The notes beneath the pieces were generated by a model. That model saw only the letters and a program-made list of their open reading frames with translations, searched no databases and was not told the origin of the DNA. A stretch of DNA of 64,000 nucleotides from Lama glama (Eukaryota): the NCBI GenBank assembly GCA_028534125.1, contig CM052817.1, positions 82,524,001 to 82,588,000 of the forward strand, given 5' to 3'. Shown here one piece after another: positions 40,725 to 53,981 of the stretch (within the stretch, counting starts at the first letter, position 1; each line of letters opens with the position of its first letter). The translations under genes and the position numbers were made by a program.

Positions 40725-41712
40725 CAAAAAGATGCTAAAGATACAAAACAGTAAATTTTACAAAGGGATGTATTACAAAGAAAAAATAACACGAACAATA
40801 TATTATTCTTTCTGTTACCATTGTTGATGCATTTGTTAGTTATTGTTACTATTCTTATGTCTGAAAACAAATAGAAATACAATCTTGTTCTAAAGAGTGG
40901 TAGTCTTAAATTAATTTTTTAAAGTTCTAAATCTAAAATGCACCAAGAAGAAACTGTGCAGCCTCTGGTATTCCTTGTGGAATGGGATAACAGTTAAGAA
41001 AATGAGCCTGTGTAAAACACTGATGATTTACAGAACGTAAAGATGGGGATACAACTTCAGAATTACACTTTCAATGTGTTGAATGAAAATTAACACTGCA
41101 TCTATATGGCTATAGTTTTCCAGCTATTATTCTTAACAGGTTCTTCTTCTCCACGAACATCTACTGATGTTCTCTGTTTCTGTAATATTTACTTCTTTTA
41201 AAACACACTTGCTTTTCCATCATCATTTTCTCCTTAGCCACTAAGACTATGGTTCCTATATCTGCAGACAGAAGGAAGGGAAGCAACTTAGGGATGAACA
41301 TTCTCAAAGCTTAGTATTAATTAGCTCAAGTTAGAGATTTGCAATTCATGGGGGACTTAGCACTACCTTTGTTCACATATGGAGCCCACCCCATGTAAAA
41401 AACACAAGTGATATCAAAGGATTCTCTGTCACATACAATTAATATCAAATCAAGATATAATTAAAATGATGTATAGATGTCATCTCTTTCCAAAAGTCTA
41501 GCTTTTATTCAGCTAGTTATAAGTTATTGTTGTGTTTTAAACTTAATTCAGACTTTTTCCACCATCAGGAGCTTTTCCTGTCTGTGTCTAACAAAACTAA
41601 ACACACAACTCTGGAGGCTATGTAATTGGTCTCTTTAACTTTGCTAAATTAAAAAGAAAAGGGTCTCTGTTTCAGTCAGTTGGAGTGTTTTCCTCTTCAA
41701 CAGACAAATCAA

Positions 41713-42345
41713 CCTGTTGGCCATTTATACATCTTCTTTGGAAAACTGTCTATTCGGATCCTCTGCCCATTTTTCTATTGGAATTTGTTTTTTGAAATTG
41801 AATTGTATAAGTTCTTTACGTATTTTGAATAGTAACCCTTACAGATCTTTTCATTTCCAAATATCTTCTCCCATCCAACAGGCTATCTTTTCATTTTGTT
41901 GATGTTTTCCTTCACTATGCAAAAGGTTTTTGTTTTGTTTTGTTTTTAGTTTGATGTAGTCATATTTCTTTATTTTTGCTTCTGTTGCTCTTGCCTGTGA
42001 TCCAAAGAATATTGCTAAGATGTCAAAGAACTGACTGCCTCAGTTTTCTTCCAAGAGTTTTATGGTTTCAGGGCTTACATTTAAGTCTTTAATCCATTTT
42101 GAGTTTATTTTTGTATATGGTGTAAGAGACGTCTAGTTTCATTCTTTTGCATGCAGCTGTCCAGTTTTCTCCACATCATTTAATGAATAGACTGTCCTTT
42201 CTTCATCCCTTTCTTCATCATATGTTCTTGCCTACTTTGTTACAGATTACTTAACCAAAACATATGAGTTTATTTATGGACTGTCTATTCTGTTCCATTG
42301 ATCTATGTATCTGTTTTGAGCCAATACCATCCTGTTTTGATTCTA
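41713..42345 (-). mobile_element. L1 ORF2 internal fragment with neither end visible
   Basis: 'ctgttggccatttatacatcttctttgg...ttaagtctttaatccattttgagttt...ctattctgttccattgatct' is homologous to 56840-57560. Confidence 0.9.
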
Positions 42346-44279
42346 TCATTTTAAAGTATTCTATATATGTAGCCCAAAGTTACCATCTTATAGTTTCTGA
42401 CTATGGTTTCCTCTGTTACAGTTTTGTCCAAACTACTCTCATTACATCTAGATTTCTAACACTGGAATACTCTCCAGTGTGTTTCTCTCCCTCTTAAAGT
42501 ATAGTGCCCAGAACAGAATCCAGCTTTTGAATGTGTTCTGACAAATGAAAGGTAGGACAAGAATATCATCTTTCCTATTCTCTAAGCTAGAATTCTACCA
42601 CTGTATCATACAGCTTATTCATATTAAGTTTATTGTAAACTAAAACCTCAATATGTTGTTATTAAATCAACATCTGCTCATGTGTCTGTCATTCTCTCCT
42701 CTCTTAAAAAGATTTGGGGTTTTTTAAACCAAAATTCAGTTTTATCTTGTAACATTTGTTCCATTACCCCAGGCTATCAAACATCTTAAGAAGCATACTA
42801 TTTCTCCATTAAGTCCATCTACAATGTTATTATTAAATACCTTAATAAATGCTTTAAAGAAACCCAGATATATTATAAGCTCTGCATTTGATATACTATA
42901 ACTTTTTTAAAGTCTACCATATTGAGGGCTGATTTTTACTACTTCTTGCAGGATTTAGCAAAATGAGTCTTTAATAGTTCACTATTCATGGAGTAAACAT
43001 TGAGATTAGCATCCTGTAGATGCACTATCCCTTAATAAATGTGAATGTCTGCTTGGCCATTCCTCTCCCTTTCACTTTAAAGTCTCTTTAGGGTTTTCTA
43101 GAAATTTCTAATAACTGAAAAATTGTTCTTGCAAAGTCACTGTGTTAAAATTGTCCCCTTTAAGTAAAGCATATTTTTGGAAGCTAAGTATAATAATGAC
43201 ACAATAGTTTTACAGCACAATAAAATAACATACATATTACATAAAACATTGATACATGTAAATTTCTTTTTACTCTATTTTGTACTTGTATGTAAATACT
43301 TGCCTTCATTCCTTCTTATTTAAATTCAGATGAAGATTATTATACATCTTTTAGTAGAAAAACTATAATTTAAAAAAAAAATAAAACTATAAATCAGCTG
43401 GACACAAAACTATTTGATTTCCTAATATAGAATTTTCCTTTACTCTTTTACCTTCTTTTTCACTGAACTCACTTGTAGAAAAATATTCCCAGATGAAATG
43501 AAACAACTGTACTCTGTTTTCCTGCTCTTAAATTTTTTTTTCCCTACATACTTCTTTTCACACATGATTGATAGGAAGGGAATGGAGAATAACATGTGAG
43601 CTTCTGTGATTGTATTTGCATAGAACAGTGAGTTATTTTCTATTTTTTTCCTTGAAAAATGATTAACTTTTCTCCTCTCAGCTGGTTTTCTCCTTGCTAG
43701 GAATTCCCCAATACTTTAAACCACAGTCTTTTTTATTTTTCTATCTATAAACTTGTAAATTTTACATTCATTTGTCTCTGATATAACTGCTCTTTCAAGG
43801 AAGTTGATTTTTGCCAAAGAAACATCCATAGACTACTTCATAGAATATAAATCTTTTTACCAGGGAACACACTCATATATGACTTAATTCTTCTCTATTC
43901 TATACCTTATACAAAAACTAATGGGAATATTTAGAGATTTGCTTGATTTTTATGGCAAATACTCATTTATGTATGATTTACTTGTTAGTCACCTCACGCC
44001 AATTCCCTACCTAGGCAATTATGAGCTATTAAGTGAAACAGATCTATGTTGACTGGGTTCATCGGCAACCTCCCTCCCCAGTATACAGCTTTTTAGCTTG
44101 TGTTTTTCCCTGAGTATCTGTGCACACCAAAACCTTAGTAGGTAATATACTTAATATCCCAAATTAGCTCAGTTGCCAGGCCCAGCCTGCATCTTGGCAT
44201 CCTCCTCCCAAATTAGAACACAAAATCTATGTTATTAACCTTTTTATCAATTCCAAAGCAGGTGTGCAGTAACAGCCCT

Positions 44280-44790
44280 CTTGTTGTGTTATCCACTTCA
44301 CTTTCTGTAAGTATATTTTCCAATACTATTGCTAACTGTTGACTCACCCTAAAATACCAAAAAAAAAAAAAAACAAACCCAAACCCAAAATTGCTATTGC
44401 TAAAGAAAAACTAAATTTATTAGACTTGCTAAAGTAAGGAAGAATATTACCTTGACAGATACTTGTGTGTCAAAATGGGGATTGGAGCAGAACACTTACA
44501 GGCATTGGGGTTTTAGGTTCTTGTCTGGAAGATTTTTAATTTAGATCATGTTAGGTGAGGAACTAATTGGAATTATGCAGAGTTGATAACATAATAGCTC
44601 CAAATTGGGAGTCAGCATGAGGTAAGGATTTTGAAGTGAGTCTTGCTGAGCAAGCTTGCAGTCTTGAAAATAAGCTATATACTTGGGCCATCTCGCCTTT
44701 CAGGAACAGGCATTTTTTTGAAGCAAATGGCTACATTATTTTCATTTAGTTCCAGCATTTTTTAATCTGTGGACAAAACCTATAGTCCTA
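44280..44790. mobile_element. Probable ERV1-type solo LTR remnant
   Basis: 'aaagaaaaactaaatttattagacttgctaaagtaaggaagaatattaccttgacaga' resembles recalled antisense ERV1 MER-type LTRs. Family uncertain. Confidence 0.4.
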
Positions 44791-44891
44791 TTATTGCTTA
44801 ATATACTAGGTTGGTTTAAATTCTCAATATGTCCACTCCCAAAGCCATTTTAATGTCTATTCACTTTTCTTTGTGTTCTTTTCTGTATATA

Positions 44892-45018
44892 CAGTCATCT
44901 CTCTCCATCTGTGGGGGGATTGGTTCCAGGACCCCCTGTGGATACCAAAATCCAAGCAGTCAAGTCCTTTATATAAACTGGTGTAGTATTTGCATATAAC
45001 CAATTTGTATCCTCCCTT
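44892..45018 (+). mobile_element. MER2 (TcMar-Tigger) 5' fragment
   Basis: TA plus 'cagtcatctctc...ggggattggttccaggaccccctgtggataccaaaatcc...gtagtatttgcatataacc' closely follows the MER2 consensus. Confidence 0.85.
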
Positions 45019-46584
45019 TAAGAAAGTTATGTTAGGGAACTTTTAGAAACATGCAAGTAGAAATAACAAAGAAATAATGTGTGTGTGTGTGTTTATTTGT
45101 GGTTTCCATTAAATTCTGATCAGAGGATATATGCATTTGTCAGTAATAACTTTGTATAACAAACTATAAATCTATAAACGTGAGTAAAATCAGCTAGGTA
45201 AAGATATGTAATAGAAAGAGCCTTGTTGTAGAATGTCCAACCTTAAGGGCCAGATAAGTTTCAGCCAGCAAAAAGTGGCATAGAAGGAGGTCCATAAATG
45301 TACTGATAAAACCAGAACATTATGACCTGGAAGATAGAAAAAAGTAACAAGAACTGCATATTGTGGAAGGTTGCTGAAAATTAAGTATGGTGTTTGAAAA
45401 CCAGAAGTGCCATTGGATTTAGAAATATGGAATCATCAGTGATTTTTCTAATATACCAACCTTAAACTTGATTATTGTTGAAAAAGTAAATGTAGAGTCT
45501 GAAGGGAAGTCTTCTTTAAGTTACATCTAATAAAGATGTCGTAACATAGAAAATGAAATCATAAAAGGTAATTATATAAACCACAGTGCTGTTATTAGAG
45601 GTGGATATTGGTGTGACCATATGAGGCAGTAGTTTTAGCTTTAGACTTCTGGCTGTTGAACATGAACTTCAGAAAATCATTTTGGTGCCCTCTTCATGTG
45701 TTACTTCTTTTCTATCTCTTTGTAAATATACAGCCCCAAAATAATATAAGCTACATTTTCTCTGTTTGGAGATACTTTGAATACAAAAGATCTGAAACTT
45801 CAATATTTATGTCAGGATAATCAGCAGAGCTGAGTGGATTTGATTCTGAGGCAAGTCTTAGGAGGAAGGTTACTCTGCTGAGATTTAAGGAAAGAGAAGG
45901 AATGAGAGTAAAATCTGGCTACCAGCTCTCTCTTCTATAAAATTTCTCTCTGAGGACAAAGATACATTGCAATCATAAGAAATTTGGAAAAACATAAGAG
46001 CCCTGGGAACTGTTTGGATTTAATGGGCTTTGTTTTGTTTTGTGTTTTGTTTGTTTTTATGGCAGCATCTTCCTTACCTACTACTTATGTAAGGTGTCCC
46101 TCAGCCTCACTACTCCTTTCAAAAACCTTTGTGTTTGGACAAAAAGGCATCCTCATGTGTTATTGAAAATGCCTAATCATAAAGGAAGGAAAAATAGTAT
46201 TTACTCATTCCAGAATTTGGAAGCTATCTAAATCTCAACAATTTAAGGGTCTCCTTGATATGCTGTAATGTTTCATAATATTTTCAGCTTATAAGTTGTA
46301 GATTATTATAGCTTATGATAATGTGGCATAGGATTGGTAATGCATATGAGCTGAAGCCTTAGTACTTAATACTTAAGCATGAAAGTATCAAATAATTCAA
46401 TCCGTTTGTTTTGCCATGGTAACCTACAACATGGGAAATGTAGTATAGATTGCCAGTTTCAGTTTTATGGGAATTCTTTGAAATATGCTGACCCTTAGTT
46501 GTTAGGGATGTTAATTTTTGTAATTGCAGAGGAGATTATTTCCAAATGAGCACATACTATGGGAAGTGAATTAATACAATTTTA

Positions 46585-48035
46585 AAGTGGTGCATAAGGG
46601 GAATTTTATAGGACTGAATGCATATTTGGAAAAGAAGAAAGATATAAATCAATAATCTAAGATTCTCCCTTTGGAAACTAAAAAGAGAAGAGCAAATTAA
46701 AGCAAAAGAAAGGAAATAATAAAAATTAGAGCAGAAGTCAATGAAATTGAAAACAGGAAATCACTAGAGAAAAACCAGTTAAACCAAAATGTGGTTCTTT
46801 GAAAAGATTAATAAAATTATTAAGACTATAGTCAGACTTAGAATAAAGAGAGAAAACACAAATTGATAATATCAGAAGTGAAAGAGGGTATCACTACATA
46901 TCCCATGGATGTTGAAAAAACAGTGATGGAATAATAGTCAATAGCTCTATGCCCATGTGTTTGATAACAAAGATGTAATGGAGAAATTCCTTGAAAAGAC
47001 CCGACTTGCCAAAACTCATTGAGGAAGAAAGACAATCTGAATAGGCCTATATCCATTAAGGAAGTTGAATCAATGATTAAAACCTTCCAAACAGAAAGTC
47101 TCAGACCCAGATGGGTTCACTGGTGAATTTTACCAAAAATTTAAGAACTAAATTATACCAATTCTCTACAGTCTCTTCTAGACGACAGAATCAGAGGGAC
47201 TGCTTCCTAACTCACTCTGAGTCCAGCATTACCCTGATACCAAGTTTTCATACTGATGAGGAGAAAAAATTACCACCATGATTCTAGCAGGGGAAGGGCA
47301 CAGTAACCATTTGGAAATATATCAAAGTATCTTATTCTTCCTAACAAAGTTGCCTCTCAAGATAAATATTTTTTAACACAAAAACCTGCATATGGATATT
47401 TATATAGCAGTTTTATCATAATAGGCAAAACTTGGAAGCAACCAAAATGTCCTTCTATAGATGAATAGATGAATAAACTGTGGTACATCCAGACAATGGA
47501 ATATTATTCAGTGCTAAATACAAGTCAGTTAGTATGTCATGAAAGGCATGGAGGAATCTTAAATGTCTATTGCTGAAAGAAAGAAGTCCGTCTCAAAAAG
47601 CTAGTTACTCTATGATTCCAATTACATGGCCTTCTGGAAAAGCCAAAACTATGAAGACAGTAAAAGATTCAGTGATTGTTAGAAGTGTAGAGAGGCAGGC
47701 GGGGTACACGGGGCTGTATGCATAAGTGGAGCATAGAAAATTTGGGGGGCAGTGAAACTAGTATCTATGATACCACAATGGTGGATGCATGTCATTTTAC
47801 ATTTGTCAAAACCCACAGAAAGTACATCTCCTAGAATGAACCCCAATGTAAACTGTGGACTTGGTTGACAATGTGTCAGTGTAGGTTCATGCACTGTAAC
47901 AACTATAGCACTCCAGGGTGTGATGTTGATAATACAGGAGACTGTATGTAGGAGTAGGGAATATATGGGACTCTGTTCTTTCTACTTAATTTTGCTGTGA
48001 ACCTAAAACTGTTCCAAACATGAAGTCTATTTTTA
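46585..48035 (+). mobile_element. Old L1 (L1MC/MD-like) composite: ORF2 segment, 5'UTR-like segment, 3' end
   Basis: 46585-47243 is ORF2 ('tggttctttgaaaagat', 'cccagatgggttcactggtgaatt'). 47375-48035 is ORF2 end and 3'UTR ('tttgctgtgaacctaaaact'). Confidence 0.85.
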
Positions 48036-48869
48036 ATGAAGTTTTTATAAAAATACACATATATAACATACATGCTTATCTTATAGTTCTTACATTGAAA
48101 CTCAACAGCCAGATTAACTGTTTAACTCAAAATTTCCCAAATGTATTTTGCTACTAGATTCATTTTTATATAATGTCTCTTTATATCTCTTGGGCTTTGG
48201 ATTCTATGTAATATTTTCTGTGAAATAGTGAGTTTAGATGTAACAGTATTAAAGACATTCTATGGAAATCTTCTGCATAGTTTACTCTGTGTCTTAAAGT
48301 TCACATTTTTGTGATTAAAGAGTCATAAAATCCTTTTTAGACACGCAGAACAATAAGAAATTGACATAAAGTAACAGCAATAATCAAAGGTAGAATGTAC
48401 TCCTATTTTGACTCACAGTGTCAAGTCAGTCTTACTGCTGAACAAGCGTCTATAGTTCTGTGGAGCTGAGAGTTTTTGCTTTTCTCTTACCCACCCCATC
48501 ACATACACGCATGCATGCACATACAAACACACACACTATAATTACCATGTTGAGTGTGAGGGGCAGAGAGCTGATGACTATCTCAGATCTTTGTCAGATC
48601 TGATTGTGCTTCTCTGGTGGACCTGCCCGACTTCATTGAAACTTGCTTCCTCTCCGTAACTGTGTGCTGACATATGTCTACTTCTTTTGACTCGACCTCC
48701 TGCCACTCAGTCTCAGCTTAGTTTGAATCCCTGGCACTTACATTGCTCTGTCTATTTGGTCTTTGTTTTCTATTTCTTCCCACTCTGTTTGGAAATCTTG
48801 CTGATGACCTCAGTCTGTGCACTTGGACTTTATGCCCTGTTTGCTCCTTTCCTGTTGCCACGGAGTCAT

Positions 48870-49445
48870 TAGACTTGGAGCACATCATCTCTCCCTGGAA
48901 TTACAATATCTGTGTTTTCTAACCTCCTGTGTTTGAGTCTGTGCCTGCCAGACATTCACTGTCTTCAAGGTCATTCCAGTTGGACTCCTGAACTTGGCTT
49001 TCCCGGGTCTGCCCTAGCTGGCTCTGTGCCATTTTCCAATACTTAGCAGAGATGAAAGAAGCCCTTCCTTTCCTGTCACAGCTTTTGGTAAGTCAGATAT
49101 AACACTTCCTGCAAACTCACAAGGCTTGTCTTCTATGCAGTTCAGTCCTATTTTCTAATGGCACTTTCTAGGTGAAGCCTTCACCTCCAATCTATTTAAA
49201 ATGCAACCTTTTTCTCTCATCACATTCCCTATTCCCTTTCCTTGCTGTATTTTTCTCCACAGTATATACTATATAATATACTTATTTATTGGAGGTATTA
49301 TCTGCCCCCTTCTACTGGGACATAAGCTTCATGAGTGCAGGATTTTGTTTTCCTCACTGATACATCCCTCAATCTGGAAGACTGCCTACTTCATAGTAGA
49401 CACTCAATAAACACATACGTAAATGGATAAATGAGTGAATATGAG
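48870..49445 (+). mobile_element. LINE-2 3' fragment
   Basis: Terminus 'cataagcttcatgagtgcagg...catagtagacactcaataaa...gaatatgagtgaa'. Confidence 0.75.
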
Positions 49446-49889
49446 TGAACCTTTGGTGGGTCAAATTGGGGGTAAGAACACTGCAATCAGCAATTTCCAT
49501 TTCATACAGTTTCAAAGTTTACCCACCAAGACTGGCCCACCATGGCATTCCCAAAATACTTAGAAGGGAATTTGCACGCTGATCTCATTGTGAATCTGCT
49601 AGCAACGAAATCAAAGTTAAGTTTACCTTACTGACAATCTTAAAAGCAAAGTGAACACTTATTTTTTTAAGTACAGATTTTAATGGAGTTATTGACAATT
49701 AAAGGCAGTGTGGCTTACTCTCTTTTCATTAGTTATTTCATAACAAGAAAATCACATTGCTCAATGATTCCAAACTAAAAACTGGTTGAAAAGGGTGATT
49801 TATTTTTCATCGTTCATTTATTTCATGCTTTCTGTAACTAAAAGTATGTTTTACTCTCAGTGAAATTTTAAATTTCGTAATCTCCCAGT

Positions 49890-52800
49890 TGAGAGGTGTG
49901 GTCATTCCTCCGTCCACTGTATGATACTCAGATTGTTTCCACTTCTTGGCTTCAGATAAAGGTACAGTGAATATTCATGTCCAGTTTTTTGGGTGAGCAT
50001 AAACTTTTAATTCTTTGGTACAAATGCAGTGAGCTAAATTGCTGGATCATATGGTAATTCGATGTCTTGTTTTATTAAAGTATTTTCTAGGTTGGCTGTT
50101 ATCATTTTACATTCCACCACCAATGTCGGAGTGATCAAGTTTCTCTGCAATGTCACCAACATGTCGTGTTGTTATTTTTTATTTTAGTCTTTCTGATAGG
50201 CAAGTAGAGGTATCTCACTGTGGCTTTAACTTGAATTTGCCAAATGGATATTAAAGTTGAACATCATTTCCTGTGTTTATTTGCCATCTGTATATCCTCT
50301 TTGGTGAAATGAAAAGTTTGTCTTTTACCTGTTTTTAAATAGGTTGTTTTTTACTGTTGAGTTTTAAGAGTTCTTTATATATTCTAGAAACTAGTCCTTG
50401 GTCTAGTATGAGGTTTGAAAATATTTTCTCCTAGTTGGTAACTTGTCTTATCATGCTCTTACCATGGTCATTTGCAAGGCAAATGTTTTAATTCTGACTA
50501 AACCCAATTTATCAACATTCCCTTTTATGAATTGTGCTTTTTGCATCAAATCTAAAAACTCTTCCTCTTCATTAGTCTCATGTGTTGAAGATTTTTACTT
50601 ATGTTTTTCCTAAAATATGTATAGTTTTGTTTTATTTTTAAGTCTATGAACCATTTTGTGTTAATTTCTATGTAATATATGAGGTTTAGTTCAAGGTCGT
50701 TTTTTTGTGTATTTTTGTGGTTTTGGTCTATGGATGTCTAATTCAACAACACCATTTGTTATAAAGGCTCACTTTCTTCCATTGAATTCCTTTTACATCT
50801 TTGTCAAACATCTGTTGGAAATATATGTGTGGGCTTGATTCTGGGTTGTGTATATTTTTACTATTAATCTTTGTGTCGGTCCTTCCACCAATAATGAACT
50901 AACTTGATTAATGTAGCTATATAGTTAAGCTATATAGTTAATAGTTAAGCTATACAGTTATGACTTAATATTAGGAAGAATGATTCCTCCTATTCTTTCT
51001 TCTCTAAAAAAAATTGTTCTAGCTGTTGTAGGACTTGTGCCTTTCCACATACATGCTAGAAGAAGCTCTTCTATATCTATAAGAATCCTTGATGGGATGT
51101 TGATAGGAATTATAGTCACCTTTCATATCAATTTGAGAAGAATTGATATCTTTAATGTATTTAGTCTTTCAGTCTATGAATATAGTATATTTATTTAGAT
51201 CTTTGATTTCCTGCATCAGCATTTCATATTTTTCAGCATACAGATTCTGTACATGTTTTGTTAACTTTATAGCTATGTCCTGTAGCAATTTTAAATGGTG
51301 TGTTTTTTTGTGGTTTTTTTTTTTTTGGATTGACATGTTTACTTTTGGTATATAAAAATGTGACTTAAATTTTTTGCAATGATCTTACATTTATGATCTT
51401 GTTGAATTCCTGTATTTTAGTAGTTTTATTGTAGATCCTTGGGATTTTCTATGTAGACAATGAGTCATCTTCAAATAGTGAAAATTTTCTTTCTTCCTTT
51501 TTAATCAGTAGGATTTTTTTTTCTTGACTTATTGCAGTGGTTAGAACTTCTAGTACCATCTTGAAAGGGTAGTGAGAACAGATTTCATTGCCTTATACCT
51601 GATCTTTGGGAAATAATTTAGTCTTTCACCATCAATCTGATGTTAGCTGTAATGTTTTTGTAGTTGGTTTATGTCAAATTGAGGTAGTAATTCTTTTTTC
51701 TTTAACTTGCTGAGTTTTTTTTTTTACATTTTTTATTGATTTATAATCATTTTACAATGTTGTGTCAAATTCCAGTGTTCAGCACAATTTTTCAGTCATT
51801 CATGGACATATACACACTCATTGTCACATTTTTTTCTCTGTGATTTATCATAACATTTAGTGTATATTTCCCTGTGCTATACAGTGTAATCTTGTTTATC
51901 TATTCTACAATTTTGAAATCCCAGTCAAAACAGAGTTTTATTTTCTTTTTTCATGAATAGATGTTATATTTTGTTAAATGCCTTTTCTGTGTGCATTGAT
52001 ATGATAATACATGTTTTTCTTCTTTACCCTATTAATATACATTTGATTTTCTAATATCAAACCAGCCTTCAGTAACAGAAGCAAATGCTATTTGGTCATT
52101 GTATATAATTATTTTTAGACATTATTGGTTTTGATTTCCTTTTTTTTTCAGGATTTTTGTGTCTAAGTTTATGTAAGACATTGGTCTATAGTTTTCTTTT
52201 TTACTGTCTTTCTCTAGTTTTATTAGCATTATAATACTACCAATCAAAATTAGTTAAGTTGTCATTTCTCTTTAGTTTTCTGGAAGAGACTGTATAAAAT
52301 TGACATTTTTTAAAAATGTAAATTCCACAGGGAAGCCAACTGGGTCTGGTATTACTGTTTTTAACTTTTTAAATTACAAATTCAATTACTTAAATGATTA
52401 CAAGATGACTCTGGTTACTTATATCCATCTTGGTTTGAGTTTTGGTAGTTTCTGTTATTTTAGGAAGTTATCAAATTTATGAATATATAATTGTTCATAG
52501 TATTCCCTTGTAATTTTTAAGTGATTGTAAAATCTGTGGTGATAGTCCCTGTTTTATTCCTTATATTTGTGATTTGTGTCATTGGTCTTATCTTAAGTCT
52601 TTAGTCTTGTTAGAGGTGGGTCATTTGTATTGATTTCCTTTTAAGAACCAACTTCTGATTCTATTGATTTTTCTTTACTGTTTTCCTGTTTTTAATTGCA
52701 TTGATATCTACTCTTATTTGTATTATTATTATCCTTCCTTCTGCTTACTTTGGGTTTGTTTTGTTCTTATTTATCTAATTTCACGTCATAGGAATTAAGA

Positions 52801-53981
52801 TTATTGATTGGAATTTTTTTTCTTTTCAAATTTGAGCATTTAGTGCTAAATATTTCCCTCTCATTACTGCCTTAGTTGCATCTACAAATTTGGATATATA
52901 ATTTTATTTCCATTCAGACCTATGTACATATTTATTTCCTTTGAGACTTTCTCTTTCATATATGTGTTGTTTAGGAGCATGTTGTTTAAATTCCAAGTGT
53001 TTAGAATTTTTGCTGTTATTTATTTATCCTGTTTCCTTATATTTCCCTCTTTTATTTCTATTATTGATTTCTATATATTGTAGTATGGCTCCATTATGAT
53101 CATAGAACATAGTTCCTATTTCAATTCCTATAAATGTGCTGATGTTAAAATTATGAACCTGGATGTGGTTTCACAGGTTCCAAACACAAAAGAATGTCTA
53201 TTCTGTATTTTGGGGTAAAGAGTTCTATAAATATCAATTATATTCTTTGGGTTGGTGATTTTATTCAGTTTTTGTGTCTTTGCTAATTGTTTTCTAGTAG
53301 TGCAATTAAATGTGGGGCACTGAAGTCTCCAATTATTGCTAATTTGTCTATTTCCCTTTTCATTCTATCAAGTTTTTTTTTCTTCATATACATTAAGCCT
53401 CTAATATTTTGTTTGTATATACATTTAGGATCACTATGTCTTTTTGCTGAATTAAGCCTATTATCACTATGTAATGGCCCTTTTTGTTCCTGGTAATTAT
53501 CCTTGCTATGTGGTTTCTTTTAACTGATAGTAATGAAACTATTCCTGCTTATTTTATGATTGATAGTAGCATGATACACATTTTCTGGGTTTTTTTACAT
53601 TTCATTGTGTTTAATGTGTTTCTCCAATTTAGATAAATTATCTAAATACAGAGATTTATGCAGCATATAGTTGTGTCTTTTGAAAAAATCCACTCTATCA
53701 ATCTCTGTATTTAGATAATTTATATTGAAAATACTCATATCTGGCATTTTATTATTTTCTGTGTGTTTCCTGTTTCTCACTCCCCTATTTCTCACCTTCA
53801 TGTGGATTATTTCAGTATTCTTATTTTTAGGATTCTGTCTTGCTTTATTTATAGACTATTTTGGAGGGTATCTCTTTGTATAGTTTTTTAGTGATTACTT
53901 TAGGTGTTACAATACATATGTGACTTGTCACAGCCTACTGATACTGACATTTTACCACTTCAAGTATTGCAAGCCTACTTC
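49890..53981 (-). mobile_element. Long old L1 (ORF2 back to inter-ORF region); continues at 54776-55145 and 60476-61230
   Basis: Continuous antisense ORF2-like sequence ('gctggatcatatggtaa', 'gttctttatatattctag', 'ttgggattttctatgtagacaa', 'ctgaagtctccaattat'). Heavily mutated. Confidence 0.9.
51718..51926 (-). mobile_element. Young 5'-truncated L1 3' end nested in the old L1
   Basis: T-tract then 'ttttattgatttataatcattttacaatgttgtgtcaaattccagtg...ccctgtgctatacag'. Short flanking repeat gagtttt at ~51712 and ~51933. Confidence 0.85.

Noticed and set aside
49627..49638. Possible 12-nt minus-strand microexon (tttgcttttaag|ATTGTCAGTAAG|gtaaac)
   Set aside because: The donor is weak, no linked exons were found, and the strand is opposite to the inferred host strand. 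Indistinguishable from chance without conservation data.
50915..50960. Short tandem repeat of agctatatagtta
   Set aside because: Local slippage inside L1 with no spacers; not a CRISPR-like array.
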